64,000 nt of DNA from an uncultured Spirochaetota bacterium (GTDB lineage: Bacteria; Spirochaetota; Brevinematia; Brevinematales; JAOACQ01), in NCBI GenBank assembly GCA_963835575.1, contig CAWIGG010000002.1, forward strand, positions 1,568,001 to 1,632,000, given 5' to 3'. A model generated the notes under the pieces. It saw only the letters and a list, made by a program, of their open reading frames with translations, did no database searches and was not told the origin of the DNA. A program made the translations under genes and the position numbers. Shown in pieces: positions 10,619 to 21,666 of the stretch; the stretch's first letter is position 1; each line of letters opens with the position of its first letter.

Positions 10619-11405
10619 GAAGCTTAAAAAAGAAATGAATGATCCAGGCCGCAAATACAGGCGGTATAAGTCTGCCTATATAATATAATAAGCGGTACTG
10701 AAATCCGGCTGTAATAAAAGCCCTTTTCCTGAACAACCCTTTTAATCCTATGCGCGCGATCTTTTCGGCTGTCATTCCGCTCTTCTCTGAGAATTTTTTG
10801 AACGCGGCGCTTGTAATCCCGGCGTTTTTATCAAAATTAGTTTTGACAAAGCCCGGCAGGAGGCATGTCACTTCGACATGATCTTTTCTCAGTTCCCTTC
10901 GTAATGCTATTGTATAATTAAAAACATATGTCTTGCCGGCCGCGTAGGATGAAAAGAACGGCGCCGGGTAAAAACCTATACATGAGCCGACGTTCAATAT
11001 CCAGCCGGATTTTCTTTTCCGCATCGATTGACCGAAAAAACTTGAAAGCGCAGTCAGGGCCTGGATATTCAGATTAAGCATAGCTTCGACAACCTGAGGA
11101 TTGGAGCCGGCGCTTTCCCCGAATAATCCGGACCCGGCGTTATTAATTAAAACATCAATATTGATTTTCTTTTTATTGCAGTCCGAATAGAGTTTTTCAG
11201 CCGCTGCCGGCTTTGAAAGGTCATAAGGCAATAGTGAAATCTCCACTCTGTTTTCCTCTGAAAGCTCTCTCTTGATTCTCCGCAGTTTTTCTTTGTTCCG
11301 GCTAACTAAAACCAGGTTGTAATTCCTTTGGGCCAGTAATTTCGCGAATTCATAACCGATCCCTGAGGAAGCCCCGGTTACAAGGGCCGTTAATCTTTTC
11401 TGCAT
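10593..11405 (-). CDS. short-chain dehydrogenase/reductase
   Basis: TGASSGIG, NNAG and YAAGK (YxxxK) motifs. Confidence 0.9.
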   Translation of the reverse strand: MQKRLTALVTGASSGIGYEFAKLLAQRNYNLVLVSRNKEKLRRIKRELSEENRVEISLLPYDLSKPAAAEKLYSDCNKKKINIDVLINNAGSGLFGESAGSNPQVVEAMLNLNIQALTALSSFFGQSMRKRKSGWILNVGSCIGFYPAPFFSSYAAGKTYVFNYTIALRRELRKDHVEVTCLLPGFVKTNFDKNAGITSAAFKKFSEKSGMTAEKIARIGLKGLFRKRAFITAGFQYRLLYYIGRLIPPVFAAWIIHFFFKLLTGGHKKP

Positions 11406-11869
11406 CACCGGTTGTCCAGCATCGCGGTCAGTTCCGCTTCCGCGGCCAGTTCTCCATTGACCCTGGCATATCCTTTAAACCTGGCAAGCTTTGTCGACAA
11501 TTTTAAAACCTCAATTTCGTAATCCAGCCTGTCTCCCGGCATAACCGGCCTTCTGAATTTGGCTTTATCGATCATCATAAAAAGGATTATCTTATCCTTA
11601 ATGCTTCCTGCTTCCCTTTCCTGCAGTTTTAAAGCGATAAAACCGGAGCACTGGGCCATTCCTTCTATTATTAAAACTCCGGGCATAATAGGTTTCCCGG
11701 GAAAATGTCCCTGAAAAAATTCCTCATTCATTGTCACATTTTTATATCCCCTGCCGCCTGTTTCCGTAATTTCCGTCACTTTATCAAGCAGCAGGAATGG
11801 ATAACGGTGAGGGAGATACTTGCTGATCTCAATAACATCATAAACCTTGTTTACTTCAGGTGATGGCAT
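11405..11869 (-). CDS. fabZ: 3-hydroxyacyl-ACP dehydratase
   Basis: LPHRYPFLLLD and FFQGHFPGKPIMPGVLIIEGMAQ motifs. Confidence 0.95.
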   Translation of the reverse strand: MPSPEVNKVYDVIEISKYLPHRYPFLLLDKVTEITETGGRGYKNVTMNEEFFQGHFPGKPIMPGVLIIEGMAQCSGFIALKLQEREAGSIKDKIILFMMIDKAKFRRPVMPGDRLDYEIEVLKLSTKLARFKGYARVNGELAAEAELTAMLDNR

Positions 11870-11978
11870 AAATTACTCCTCATTTTATTATCACTGTTAT
11901 TATTTGCGATTATATCATTAAAATTAAAATGATTACGGAATTAAATTATTTCCGTACTTAAGGGGCATCTTTTCTATT

Positions 11979-12872
11979 TTATAACAATTGGTTCCAGGAT
12001 TTAACTTCAATGCTCTCTTCTATTTTTTTGACAAGACCGGAAATGATATTACCGAAACCGGCCTCAACCGCCTCGGTCACACCCTGTTTTTTTAAAAAAC
12101 GGATTGAGTCAGACCAGAGGACCGGGCTTTTCATCTGCCTGACAAGAAGGTCCCTGACATTCGTTTCATCCTCAAATAAAGCCGTGACATTCGATACAAC
12201 TTTACATTGAGGTTTATTAAAGGGAATATTTTCAATAAACCGGCCGAACTCTTCGGCTGCTTTTACCATTAATTCTGAATGAAAAGCCCCGCTCACAGCA
12301 AGCTTCAGCACTCTTTTTGCCCCGGCTTCTTTCAGTCTCGGTTCTGCAAGATCTATTCCCTCTTTCAAGCCGGATATCACAACCTGACCGGGACTGTTGT
12401 AATTGACAGGCTCCACATATTTTTCCTTAGAAACTTCCCAGCATATCTGTCTGACTTTTTCGTCTTCAAGGCCGAGAACCGCGGCCATCCCGCCTTTTCC
12501 TTCAGGATCCGTGGCGGCCATCAGTTCCCCTCTTTTCCGGACAACCACAAGGGCGTCTTCAAAAGAAAGCATTCCGGCAGCCAATAACGCCGAAAATTCA
12601 CCGAGCGAGTGCCCCGCGGCGAAGTCGGGTTTCAGTCCTTTATTAAATAGAAGCGTCGCCGCTATATGGCTGTATGTTAATATCGCGGGCTGGGCATTCT
12701 GCGTCTTAGTTAATTCCTCTTCAGGACCCTCAAAAGACATGTTGGATAATGAAAATTTCAATATTTCATCCGCTTTTTTATAAATTTCATCGGCGGCCGC
12801 AAATTCCTCGACAAGGTCTTTCCCCATGCCTAATTTTTGTGATCCCTGCCCGGGAAATAAAAATACCCTCAT
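11979..12872 (-). CDS. fabD: malonyl-CoA-ACP transacylase
   Basis: FPGQGSQ, GHSLGE and VSGAFHS motifs. Confidence 0.95.
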   Translation of the reverse strand: MRVFLFPGQGSQKLGMGKDLVEEFAAADEIYKKADEILKFSLSNMSFEGPEEELTKTQNAQPAILTYSHIAATLLFNKGLKPDFAAGHSLGEFSALLAAGMLSFEDALVVVRKRGELMAATDPEGKGGMAAVLGLEDEKVRQICWEVSKEKYVEPVNYNSPGQVVISGLKEGIDLAEPRLKEAGAKRVLKLAVSGAFHSELMVKAAEEFGRFIENIPFNKPQCKVVSNVTALFEDETNVRDLLVRQMKSPVLWSDSIRFLKKQGVTEAVEAGFGNIISGLVKKIEESIEVKSWNQLL

Positions 12873-12899
12873 ACATTACTCCTTAAAATTGAGGATAAT

Positions 12900-12928
12900 A
12901 GGATAAAAGAAATAAGCCTGATTGTCAA
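12900..12928 (-). promoter_or_regulatory. sigma70-type promoter for fabD
   Basis: Minus strand TTGACA-N17-TATCCT. Confidence 0.5.
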
Positions 12929-13123
12929 ATAAACAAACACCTCCGGGAAATTAATATGCTGTCTGATAAGAATAATTATTTTTTTTAATCATCGGAAGCA
13001 TATATAGTTACATCGCCCTGTCTGTGGCCGGCTCCGGCCGCTTAAAACAGACTTTGATTCCATTTACTGAAGTTTATTAAAATACTTTTGCTGCATTTGT
13101 AAAGCTTCCTTTATTTTTTTTCC

Positions 13124-13152
13124 TTGATAAAAATTATAAAACCTCTTATAAT
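13124..13152 (+). promoter_or_regulatory. sigma70-type promoter for ptsI-purU-response regulator
   Basis: TTGATA-N17-TATAAT. Confidence 0.6.
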
Positions 13153-13188
13153 TTCATTACGAGACCGGCATTAAGCAGGGGGGAAATT

Positions 13189-14946
13189 ATGTACCTTCTC
13201 CGGGGCATACCTATTTCAAAAGGGATTGCGATCTGCAGTATACTAATCCGTTATGACGTTACAAAAATGATCCGTTTTTACAGGATTGATGAAGAAGGGG
13301 AAAAGGACAAGGAAATCTCCAAATACCGTAACGCAGCGGAGGAAACAAAAAAAGAAATCAACTTTCTCAAATCGAATAATAACAATCCTCTCAATATCGA
13401 AAATGAAAAGATCGTGGACTATTATGAAATGCTCATCAATGAGGATTTTTTCACAAAAAACGTTGTGGAAAGGATTAAGAGCGATTTCTACCCCGCTGAC
13501 GTGGCCCTTGTCTATGAACTGGACCTTCTGAAAAAACAATTCGATAAACTGGAAGGCGATTATTTTCAAAGCCGTTTTCTGGATTTCAAGGTCCTTGCTG
13601 ACAGGATTATCAGGAAAATGTACGGCGATATTGACCTCTTTTCCGTCAATGAGCCGGTCATTATTGTTGCCGAGGAAGTCTCTCCCGCCGAAGTACTGCA
13701 TATTCCCAAAGAATTTGTCCGGGGTATAGCCACCGAATCCGGCAGCACGACTTCCCATGCCGCGATCATAGTGGAATCACTGGAAATACCTGCGGTTTTC
13801 GGCATCAAGGACATTCTCAATTATGTTAAAAAGAATGATAAGATAATCGTTGACGGATATAAAGGGATCGTCATTGTCAACCCGGATGAAGGAACGATTA
13901 ATGACTACGTACACCTGCAGAACAGCTATAACCTCAAGGAAAAGGAAATATTCAGCGTTGTGAACCTCCCTTCCAAAACAATGGATGACGTAGATGTAAA
14001 GATCTACGCCAATGTATCCAACTCAATGGAACTGAATATCGCCCGCCGCCATGGCGCGGAGGGGATCGGCCTGCTCCGGACAGAACTGGTATTCATTGCC
14101 AATGAGAAATTCCTGAATGAAAACGAGCAGTTTGAACTTTATAAAGAATACCTCCTTCTTTTTCAGGATAAAGAAGTTGTGATCCGCACGCTTGACATGG
14201 GCGGCGATAAATTCATCGGCGACAAAAAGAACAAAGACCCCAATCCATTTCTGGGCTGGCGGTCCATCAGGGTGTTTTTAAAGGAAGTCGAGAAATTTAA
14301 ACAGCAGCTCCGGGCAATCATCCGGGCAAGCGTGTTTAATGATAATATCAAAATCATGATTCCAATGATTTCCAGCGTTGATGAAGTCCGCCGTGTAAAG
14401 GAAATATTTGAGGAATGCGAAGAGGAAATAAAGGAAGAAGGCAAGCCCTTTAAGTACAATATCCCCATCGGTATCATGATCGAAATTCCATCGGCCGCCC
14501 TGCTCTCCAATGTGCTGGCAAAAGAGGTGGATTTTTTCAGCCTCGGCACGAACGATCTTGTCCAGTATACGCTTGCGGTTGACAGGAACAATCAGGTTGT
14601 CGCTGAATATTACCAGCCGCTGAACCCGGCCGTTCTTATGCTGATGCGCCTCACAGTCCGGAACGCGAACCTGAATCACAAACCTGTTTCTGTCTGCGGC
14701 GAAATAGCCAGGAACCCTTTATACATAAGGCTTCTCCTGGGGTTGGGCCTGAGAAACTTCAGCATTAATCCGACTTATATCCCGCTTGTAAAATCAATCA
14801 TTTTAAAATCTAAAATCTCGGAAGCGAATGAGCTCTGGAAAACAGCCCGGAAAATGAGCACCGCGGCTGAAATTGAGGCGCTTCTGAAAGATGACCTGAA
14901 AAAGAATTTCCCGGATATTTACGAATCCTATTTCTATGATGAATAA
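13189..14946 (+). CDS. ptsI: PTS enzyme I (PEP-protein phosphotransferase)
   Basis: TSHAAI phospho-His, GIGLLRTE, RTLDMGGDK, NPFLGWR, GTNDL and VCGE motifs. Confidence 0.93.
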   Translation: MYLLRGIPISKGIAICSILIRYDVTKMIRFYRIDEEGEKDKEISKYRNAAEETKKEINFLKSNNNNPLNIENEKIVDYYEMLINEDFFTKNVVERIKSDFYPADVALVYELDLLKKQFDKLEGDYFQSRFLDFKVLADRIIRKMYGDIDLFSVNEPVIIVAEEVSPAEVLHIPKEFVRGIATESGSTTSHAAIIVESLEIPAVFGIKDILNYVKKNDKIIVDGYKGIVIVNPDEGTINDYVHLQNSYNLKEKEIFSVVNLPSKTMDDVDVKIYANVSNSMELNIARRHGAEGIGLLRTELVFIANEKFLNENEQFELYKEYLLLFQDKEVVIRTLDMGGDKFIGDKKNKDPNPFLGWRSIRVFLKEVEKFKQQLRAIIRASVFNDNIKIMIPMISSVDEVRRVKEIFEECEEEIKEEGKPFKYNIPIGIMIEIPSAALLSNVLAKEVDFFSLGTNDLVQYTLAVDRNNQVVAEYYQPLNPAVLMLMRLTVRNANLNHKPVSVCGEIARNPLYIRLLLGLGLRNFSINPTYIPLVKSIILKSKISEANELWKTARKMSTAAEIEALLKDDLKKNFPDIYESYFYDE

Positions 14947-14968
14947 GTGAAGGATAAGAAATGTTTTT

Positions 14969-15829
14969 ATGAATAATAATGATACCGCTGTTCTTCTCCT
15001 TTCATGTCCCGATAAAAGAGGAATAGTGGCGGAAATTTCCAGTTTTATTTATCAATATAACGGAAATATCATTCATTCCGACCAGCATACAGACCATGAA
15101 AGCAATACTTTTTTTATGCGGATCGAATGGGAGCTTGAAGGCTTTCAGATAAAAAAAGAAAAAATCCGCAGCGCTTTCAGTTTTATCGCCGGCAAATTCT
15201 CCATGAATTGGGAACTGCATTTCTCCAATACTGTTCCCCGAATGGCAGTCTTCGTTTCCAGCCTGGACCATTGCCTCTATGATATTCTATTAAAGAATAA
15301 ATCCGGCGAGATCAGGGCGAAAATTCCAATTATCATCAGCAATCATACCGAGCTGAAGCCCATTGCGGATTATTTCGGGATCGAATTTAAAGTGTTCCCG
15401 ATTAATGCGGACAGCAGGGAAGCTGTGGAAAAAAAAGAGATTGAGCTCCTGAAGAAATTGAAAATAGACCTGATCGTACTTGCCCGGTATATGCAGATAC
15501 TCAGCGGCGGATTTATCAGGCAATATCCGAATAAAATCATCAATATCCACCATTCCTTTTTACCCGCTTTTGTCGGAGCCAAGCCTTATCACCAGGCCTA
15601 CAGAAGGGGCGTAAAAGTAATCGGTGCCACAAGCCATTATGTAACGGAAGAGCTGGATAACGGCCCGATCATTGAACAGGATGTAATACACGTCAGCCAC
15701 CGCGATTCTCTTTCGGATTTTATGCAGAAAGGAAAAGAACTCGAAAAAATTGTCCTGTCGCGGGCTGTAAAATACCACCTGGAAAATAAGACGCTTGTTT
15801 TCGGTAATAAAACCGTGGTTTTTGACTGA
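14969..15829 (+). CDS. purU: formyltetrahydrofolate deformylase
   Basis: CPDKRGIVA ACT domain, LARYMQILS, INIHHSFLPAF and GVKVIGATSHYV motifs. Confidence 0.95.
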   Translation: MNNNDTAVLLLSCPDKRGIVAEISSFIYQYNGNIIHSDQHTDHESNTFFMRIEWELEGFQIKKEKIRSAFSFIAGKFSMNWELHFSNTVPRMAVFVSSLDHCLYDILLKNKSGEIRAKIPIIISNHTELKPIADYFGIEFKVFPINADSREAVEKKEIELLKKLKIDLIVLARYMQILSGGFIRQYPNKIINIHHSFLPAFVGAKPYHQAYRRGVKVIGATSHYVTEELDNGPIIEQDVIHVSHRDSLSDFMQKGKELEKIVLSRAVKYHLENKTLVFGNKTVVFD

Positions 15830-15840
15830 ACGGAGATCTT

Positions 15841-16473
15841 ATGAAAAGAATAGTATCCATTAAAATCCTTATTATAGACGACAGCACAGTGGCGCGTAAA
15901 AGCATTAAGGAAAATCTGAGAAATTTTAACATTGAATTTGTTGAGGCCGCCGACGGGGAAAACGGATTCGCCCAGGCGATAACCTCCCTCCCTGACCTGA
16001 TATTGCTCGACTTGAACCTGCCCGACACTCATGGTTTTGAAGTGCTCAAAAAGTTACGGGGCCACCCTACGACAGCCCATATACCTGTCATAATCACCAC
16101 AGTCAGCAGAGTGGCAAAGGATGTCGAGGAAGCGCACATCTCCGGGGCCCAATCCTACATTCTCAAGCCTGTTGAACCCGGCATGCTCCTCAGTAAAATA
16201 CTCAAAATATTGAATATAAATGAATCGGAAATAGCTTCCCGAACCATTGACAGCGCTCAGGCCGGCGCCGAAGCTTCAAAAAAAGCTTCCGCCCAGACCT
16301 CATCTTTTCAGAAAATCGAGGCGGCGGATTTAAAACCGGAAATGGAACTGGGGCTTCCCATTCTATCGCCCGCAGGCAATATTCTTTTTAAAGCGGGTAC
16401 GGTCCTGGACGGGAATAAAATTCAAATAATCTTAAAAGAGAATATTAAAATAGCCTTCATCAAACCGCGGTAA
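15841..16473 (+). CDS. response regulator (REC plus small C-terminal domain)
   Basis: IIDDS, LILLDLNLP and YILKP motifs. Confidence 0.88.
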   Translation: MKRIVSIKILIIDDSTVARKSIKENLRNFNIEFVEAADGENGFAQAITSLPDLILLDLNLPDTHGFEVLKKLRGHPTTAHIPVIITTVSRVAKDVEEAHISGAQSYILKPVEPGMLLSKILKILNINESEIASRTIDSAQAGAEASKKASAQTSSFQKIEAADLKPEMELGLPILSPAGNILFKAGTVLDGNKIQIILKENIKIAFIKPR

Positions 16474-16525
16474 GAAATTCTGGCTCATCCGACTAAAGCG
16501 AATATCATTTAAAAAGTTATAATTA

Positions 16526-16569
16526 ACAGGAAGGTGTCCTTCACGCTGTTCAGGACCGGATCCGTCAGG
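16526..16569 (+). repeat. CAGGAAG-type repeat interrupted by a REP-like TCCTTC..TCAGGAC motif
   Basis: ACAGGAAG-GT-[GTCCTTCACGCTGTTCAGGACCGGATCC]-GTCAGGAAG. Confidence 0.5.
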
Positions 16570-16619
16570 AAGAGAGATGGAATTATTACATAGAGTTTGT
16601 TGAATATTTAGAATTTCAG

Positions 16620-16783
16620 TACAAAAGCCGTCATTGCGAGCACCCGGTTTTTTCCTTTGCCGCCGAATTCAGTGCGAAGCAATCTGTTAACTCATTAAGC
16701 CATCTTTATTTGCAGACAGATTGCTTCGCGCTATAATCAGTACCATAGTACAGTGCCGGACGCTCGCAATGACGGCTTTTGTA
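16620..16783. repeat. REP/RPE-like nested palindrome (GTCATTGCGAG...GAAGCAATC family)
   Basis: Perfect 22 bp outer IR TACAAAAGCCGTCATTGCGAGC and 14 bp inner IR GCGAAGCAATCTGT/ACAGATTGCTTCGC. Confidence 0.85.
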
Positions 16784-17143
16784 TTAAACGCAATAATAAT
16801 CATTACTGAACAAGTATTTCCCGCCGAAGTAGCCTCTCCTGTGTTGGACTGGCCAATGATGCTGTTGATTATATTCTTGCCGCTGAAATTATGACAGAGG
16901 AATTTCATCGTATTGTCAGTAACGTATTGTTCAGCATAATCTGCCCTGATATATCGGCGTCTTCATAATGAATCACCCGCATAAAACTTTTTTTTATAAC
17001 ATACCGATAAATATTCACAAGTAAAGCGTTTTGTGGTATAATATAGAAAAGGAATAATTAAAAAGCACCGGTAAAATTCCTCCAAAATCTTCCGAATCGA
17101 AAAGGTATAACACTAAACAAGAAAATAAGCGCTTAATTCAGAT

Positions 17144-19174
17144 ATGTATAAATCGGAGTTGAAAATGCGCCGTATTTTTAAAACAAAGCCTGTTTTGCTT
17201 ATTGCCTTGTTCCTTTCCTTCATTTGTTTATATACTCAAAGCCTCTTTGCCGGCATTACTCAAGTCGGTAAAACGTCCGGGGCCGTTAAAGGGCGGCTGG
17301 ACCTTAGGGATTGGGATTTTAATAAAAACGGAATTACCCGGCTGGACGGCGAGTGGGAGTTTTATTGGAATGAACTTCTGACTCCCGATGATTTCAGTAA
17401 AACAACAGAAACACCTCTCTTTTTCAAAATTCCCGGTATCTGGAATAATTATGAAATCAAAGGGAAAAAATTAGGGGGTGACGGATACGGCACTTTCCGC
17501 CTCAGGATTCTATTACCGGAAAAGCAGCCCGATCTCGCGCTCTATATCCAGAATTTCGCCACATCCTACCGGTTGTGGATTGATCTGAAGCCCTGCGCCT
17601 CAAACGGTATTGCGGCATCTTCGGAAAAAGAATCGGTCGCCCGGTACATCCCGCAGACCATTGACTTGACAGATGGAAAAAAACAGTTGACGCTGACGCT
17701 GCAGATCGCCAACTTTTATTCCGACAAAGGCGGCCCCTGGAACAGCATTTACATCGGACCAAGAGATGAAATCCTGCATTTGCGCGACGGTATCATTACG
17801 CTGGACAGCTTCATTTTAGGACTTCTGTTCATTATAGCCTTATACTATATCCGCATATACTTTTTCAGGAGAAAAGACCCCTCTTATCTTTATTTCGGAC
17901 TGGTCTGCCTTCTATTTTTTCTTTACATGTTTGTAAACGATCACAGCGAGTTCAGGGGGATTCTGCTTTCCAGGATTGACTGGAACTTTATCACAAAATC
18001 AGGATTTCTGATCATTTGCGCCATTATGCCCGCTTTTATTTCATTGATCCACTCTCTTTATCCTCTCGGAAAAAACCGGATCATTCCTTATTTTTTCAAT
18101 TGGGCGGGACTGCTCCTATGCCTTACAGTGATCATCCTGCCCGTAAAGATACTGGGTTTGATTTTGCCTTTTATTCACAGCCTGCTCATCCTGGCTCTAT
18201 TGTATATGATAATTTCCCTCATCTCCGCGGCATGGCATAAGCAAAGAGGCGCCTTGATTTATCTTGTCAGCATGATCTTTTTCACATTTTCAGCCTTTTT
18301 TGATATTGCCGTATCGGAGATGGTCATTCCTTCAATCCGTTATTCTACGGGAATCGGGCTTACAGTTTTCATTCTTTTTCAGTCTTACGTTCTGGCTTCC
18401 CGCTTTACCCGTTCGATCTCGGCCATTGAGACAGTTTCCGGCAAGCTTCATTTTGACCGCCTGGACCTGGATGCTTCCATCGACAGCCTGGCAAGGCAGC
18501 TGGAATTAAAGGCCAATGAACTCAGGGAAAGCGAGGAAAGGTACAGGGAAATGGCTTTCCTGCTGCCTACTATAATCATAGAAACAGACAGTATGTTCAG
18601 AATAACATTCTCTAATCAGGCCGGCTTGAAGACACTGGGTTTAGAAGAAGGAAAACTGTCTTCCGGGGAAAATCTGCTGAACGGCTTTGTTCATCCGGAT
18701 GACAGGAAAAGGTTTGCCGAATACTGTCAAAAGATCATAAAGGAAGAAAATATCAATTTCAGCGAAATACGCCTGATAAAAAAAGACGGCACAAAAACCA
18801 CTTTGCTGAGCAAAGCCGCGCCGATTTATAAAGACGGCTCCATAACCGGCATCCGCTTTAACGCAATCGATTTAAAACCGCTTCTTTCCTCTGTTATTCT
18901 TCCGGAAGAATCCTTTTTTAAAAACTACCGTTTCAGCGAAAGGGAGAAAGAGGTTTTGCTCCTCTTGATGCAGGGTTATAAAATAAAGGAAATAGCGGAG
19001 AAGCTTTTTATCGCGGAAGTGACGGTAAAGTGGCATTTAAGCGCCATCTATGCAAAATTAGGAGTAAAAAATAAAATCGAGTTTTTTGAGCTGCTGAAAA
19101 ATTACCAGCGCAAAAGCCTGGGCAGCGAATCCTTTATTTTTTCCATTCTCAGCAAGCTCATCAAGGAAGAGTGA
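17144..19174 (+). CDS. membrane-anchored transcriptional regulator: 7TMR-DISM sensor, PAS and LuxR HTH
   Basis: LDGEWEFYW/GYGTFRL extracellular domain, 7 TM segments, SEERYR-PAS (VHPDD), FSEREKEVL...IAEKLFIAEVTVKWHLSAIYAKLGV. Confidence 0.88.
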   Translation: MYKSELKMRRIFKTKPVLLIALFLSFICLYTQSLFAGITQVGKTSGAVKGRLDLRDWDFNKNGITRLDGEWEFYWNELLTPDDFSKTTETPLFFKIPGIWNNYEIKGKKLGGDGYGTFRLRILLPEKQPDLALYIQNFATSYRLWIDLKPCASNGIAASSEKESVARYIPQTIDLTDGKKQLTLTLQIANFYSDKGGPWNSIYIGPRDEILHLRDGIITLDSFILGLLFIIALYYIRIYFFRRKDPSYLYFGLVCLLFFLYMFVNDHSEFRGILLSRIDWNFITKSGFLIICAIMPAFISLIHSLYPLGKNRIIPYFFNWAGLLLCLTVIILPVKILGLILPFIHSLLILALLYMIISLISAAWHKQRGALIYLVSMIFFTFSAFFDIAVSEMVIPSIRYSTGIGLTVFILFQSYVLASRFTRSISAIETVSGKLHFDRLDLDASIDSLARQLELKANELRESEERYREMAFLLPTIIIETDSMFRITFSNQAGLKTLGLEEGKLSSGENLLNGFVHPDDRKRFAEYCQKIIKEENINFSEIRLIKKDGTKTTLLSKAAPIYKDGSITGIRFNAIDLKPLLSSVILPEESFFKNYRFSEREKEVLLLLMQGYKIKEIAEKLFIAEVTVKWHLSAIYAKLGVKNKIEFFELLKNYQRKSLGSESFIFSILSKLIKEE

Positions 19175-19196
19175 AATTTTCCCGCCAATAAATACC

Positions 19197-19262
19197 CTAC
19201 CTCTGGTATAGTATAATCCCGCCCGCCGGTATAGTCTTATAAACCTTCTAAAAAGCTATAAT
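19197..19262 (+). promoter_or_regulatory. putative LuxR-family operator and -10 box for the GH8 gene
   Basis: TACCTCTGGTA palindrome, GGTATAGT direct repeat (19205, 19228), TATAAT at 19257 with no consensus -35. Confidence 0.5.
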
Positions 19263-19297
19263 GTTGCATCAACTTCGCAAAATATTAGGAGGTCTAT

Positions 19298-21652
19298 ATG
19301 ATCAAAAGCTTTTTCAGGCCGACACGGAAAATTTATTTTCTGCCGGCCGCATTTGCGCTTTTTACCCTTGTTCTTTCAGGATGCACTCTGGCCCCGGGAA
19401 ATAGCAGTCCAAAAAGCGGGAATAACGGAAATAACGGGACTTCAGAAATCACAAGCCCCGATTCATCCGCTCAAAAGAGCTTCATCCTGCCGGTTAACGA
19501 ACCGTACAAATACGGCATGCCGTATGCCCCGGCAAGTTTGAACAACACAAGTCTGCTCTCGGAATATAACGACTGGATAAACCATTACGTCATATGCCCT
19601 GACGGCTACAGGTCAAGGGTCCAGAGAGACGCTGCGACCGGTTACGACACCGTATCCGAAGGAATGGGCTACGGATTGCTCCTGTCTGTTTACTTTGGTG
19701 ATCACGATAATTTTTACCGTTTATACAGTTATGTATTAATGCATACCAACGGGCAGGGTTTGATGCACTGGAGGGTGGACCGGTACGGCAATAATATTGA
19801 CGAAATGGGTTACAACATCCCTTCTCCTCCGCCGCACCAGAATTTATATACAAACGGGACGCCTGTCGCAACAAATTCGGACGGCACGGTTGTTCAGAGT
19901 TCCATTCTTCAAAGTACGACAGCTCCGGCAGGGTACGGCCTCTATGAAAACTCCAGGGGCCTTACTTCCGCTTCCGACGCCGATGAGGATATTGCCCTGG
20001 CCCTCTGTATGGCCGCCAAAGTCTGGGGCACTTGGTGCAATTATAATTATCAGACGGAAGCCCTCAATTGGATCGGCAATATTATGAAATACGATATGCA
20101 CCCCGGCTGGCAGCATACCGACCCGGCATCCGATGGGACCGTATTTCTCGGCGCCGGGGATTATGATAACGGCGGAAGCGCCAACGGCACATGGGGCGGC
20201 TATAAATATGAAGCCAACAACGGAAAGAAAGCCGGCTGGGATCCATCTTATTATATGCCTGCCTGGTATCCCATATTCAAACAGCTCACCGGCGACCCGC
20301 TGTGGGACCAATTAACGAATACTATGTGGCAGCAGTGCGCCATAGTCGGCGCCGCAAATAGCGGGACCGGTCTTTTTCCGGACTGGTGCGACACTTCCTC
20401 GGGCACCTGCCAGCAAACTGTATGGTGCAGCGACCGGGGCCCTCAGAGTTATAATTTCTATTATGACGCCGTCCGTGTTCCGTGGAGAATGGCCGTGGCC
20501 GCGAGTTGGTTTAACGACCAGAAGGCCCTTGCCATAGCCGGCCAGAATGCGGTGTTTTTCAAGCAGAAAATGGGGACTACGTTTAATGCCAATAATATTT
20601 TAGACGGTTATTCTATTACCGGCGGAGCCTGGCAGCTCTCAAAAGCCGATCCCGGCAGCGCAGCTAATGGCGGGCAAAACCCTAACCCGCCGGTGTTTGT
20701 ATCCATGATCGCTCCCGCCGAATTGCCGTGCATGGACGTAAGCTACGCGAACGCGTTTTATATTGCCGTCACTAACTGCAAGATCCCTTACACGGCTCAA
20801 TATAATTATTTCGGAAATACCCTGCGTCTTCTCTCGCTATTGTATCTCTCCGGCAATTTTGTCAACCTATATGAGCAAAACCCTTATACTGCAAAGCCGA
20901 CACACCCGGTTCCCGGGACCATTTACGCCGATGATAATTATACCATAAACGGAGTCAACTACCTGGCAACCAATATCGGCGGAGTCGATTATATAAAAGC
21001 CGGGTGTACTGCGGTATTCCTGGTCAGCAATACAGAAGCCGCCCCATATTCAATGTTCACAATAACTCCAAGCATCATGCTGGATCCTAAAATGCCTCCC
21101 GGAACCTATGCAAGCCCCTACTATCCATATTATTATTGCTATGTTGACGGAGTACTGGCATCAACTTCAACTATTCAGCTTACTCCCGGGGTGCATACAA
21201 TCACATTCGAGTGTCATGCCTATGTTTATTTAAAATCTATAAACTTTACTTATCTGAAGGATTCCCCATACAAGACAATTCCCGGAACTATAGATCTGAA
21301 CAATTACATAATGTGCTTTAGCGCCGGACTCTCTGCAAATAACCCGAATTGTCCATCACTTCCTTTGGTTGTTTCAATGGGAGCTCCTTATTCCGGTACA
21401 CCGTATGTGGAATATGATGTCAACGCGCCCTCTGCCGGAACTTATACCATAAGCATACCGGTTTACAACAATTATTTTGCCAACAACAATATCTCCATTA
21501 CTTCCGGAAGCAACCTGCTGGGTAAAATAGGGCCTATTCCCAATTCGTCATCCGTTCAAACTTTTAGCACAACTATAACTCTAAGCGCGGGTGTTCAGCC
21601 TCTCCGTTTCAGCTCCGCATATGATTGCATTGGACCTATAACAATTAATTGA
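19298..21652 (+). CDS. glycoside hydrolase family 8 lipoprotein with C-terminal CBM-like beta-sandwich modules
   Basis: LVLSGC lipobox; TVSEGMGYGLL, SASDADEDIALAL, PSYY and YYDAVRVPWR GH8 motifs; C-terminal EYDVNAPSAGTY...LSAG. Confidence 0.88.
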   Translation: MIKSFFRPTRKIYFLPAAFALFTLVLSGCTLAPGNSSPKSGNNGNNGTSEITSPDSSAQKSFILPVNEPYKYGMPYAPASLNNTSLLSEYNDWINHYVICPDGYRSRVQRDAATGYDTVSEGMGYGLLLSVYFGDHDNFYRLYSYVLMHTNGQGLMHWRVDRYGNNIDEMGYNIPSPPPHQNLYTNGTPVATNSDGTVVQSSILQSTTAPAGYGLYENSRGLTSASDADEDIALALCMAAKVWGTWCNYNYQTEALNWIGNIMKYDMHPGWQHTDPASDGTVFLGAGDYDNGGSANGTWGGYKYEANNGKKAGWDPSYYMPAWYPIFKQLTGDPLWDQLTNTMWQQCAIVGAANSGTGLFPDWCDTSSGTCQQTVWCSDRGPQSYNFYYDAVRVPWRMAVAASWFNDQKALAIAGQNAVFFKQKMGTTFNANNILDGYSITGGAWQLSKADPGSAANGGQNPNPPVFVSMIAPAELPCMDVSYANAFYIAVTNCKIPYTAQYNYFGNTLRLLSLLYLSGNFVNLYEQNPYTAKPTHPVPGTIYADDNYTINGVNYLATNIGGVDYIKAGCTAVFLVSNTEAAPYSMFTITPSIMLDPKMPPGTYASPYYPYYYCYVDGVLASTSTIQLTPGVHTITFECHAYVYLKSINFTYLKDSPYKTIPGTIDLNNYIMCFSAGLSANNPNCPSLPLVVSMGAPYSGTPYVEYDVNAPSAGTYTISIPVYNNYFANNNISITSGSNLLGKIGPIPNSSSVQTFSTTITLSAGVQPLRFSSAYDCIGPITIN

Positions 21653-21666
21653 AAAGGCAATTCATA

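Noticed and set aside
16687..16970. Short ORFs between the response regulator and the LuxR regulator
   Set aside because: They partly overlap the REP-like palindrome, lack an RBS and have no recognisable motifs.
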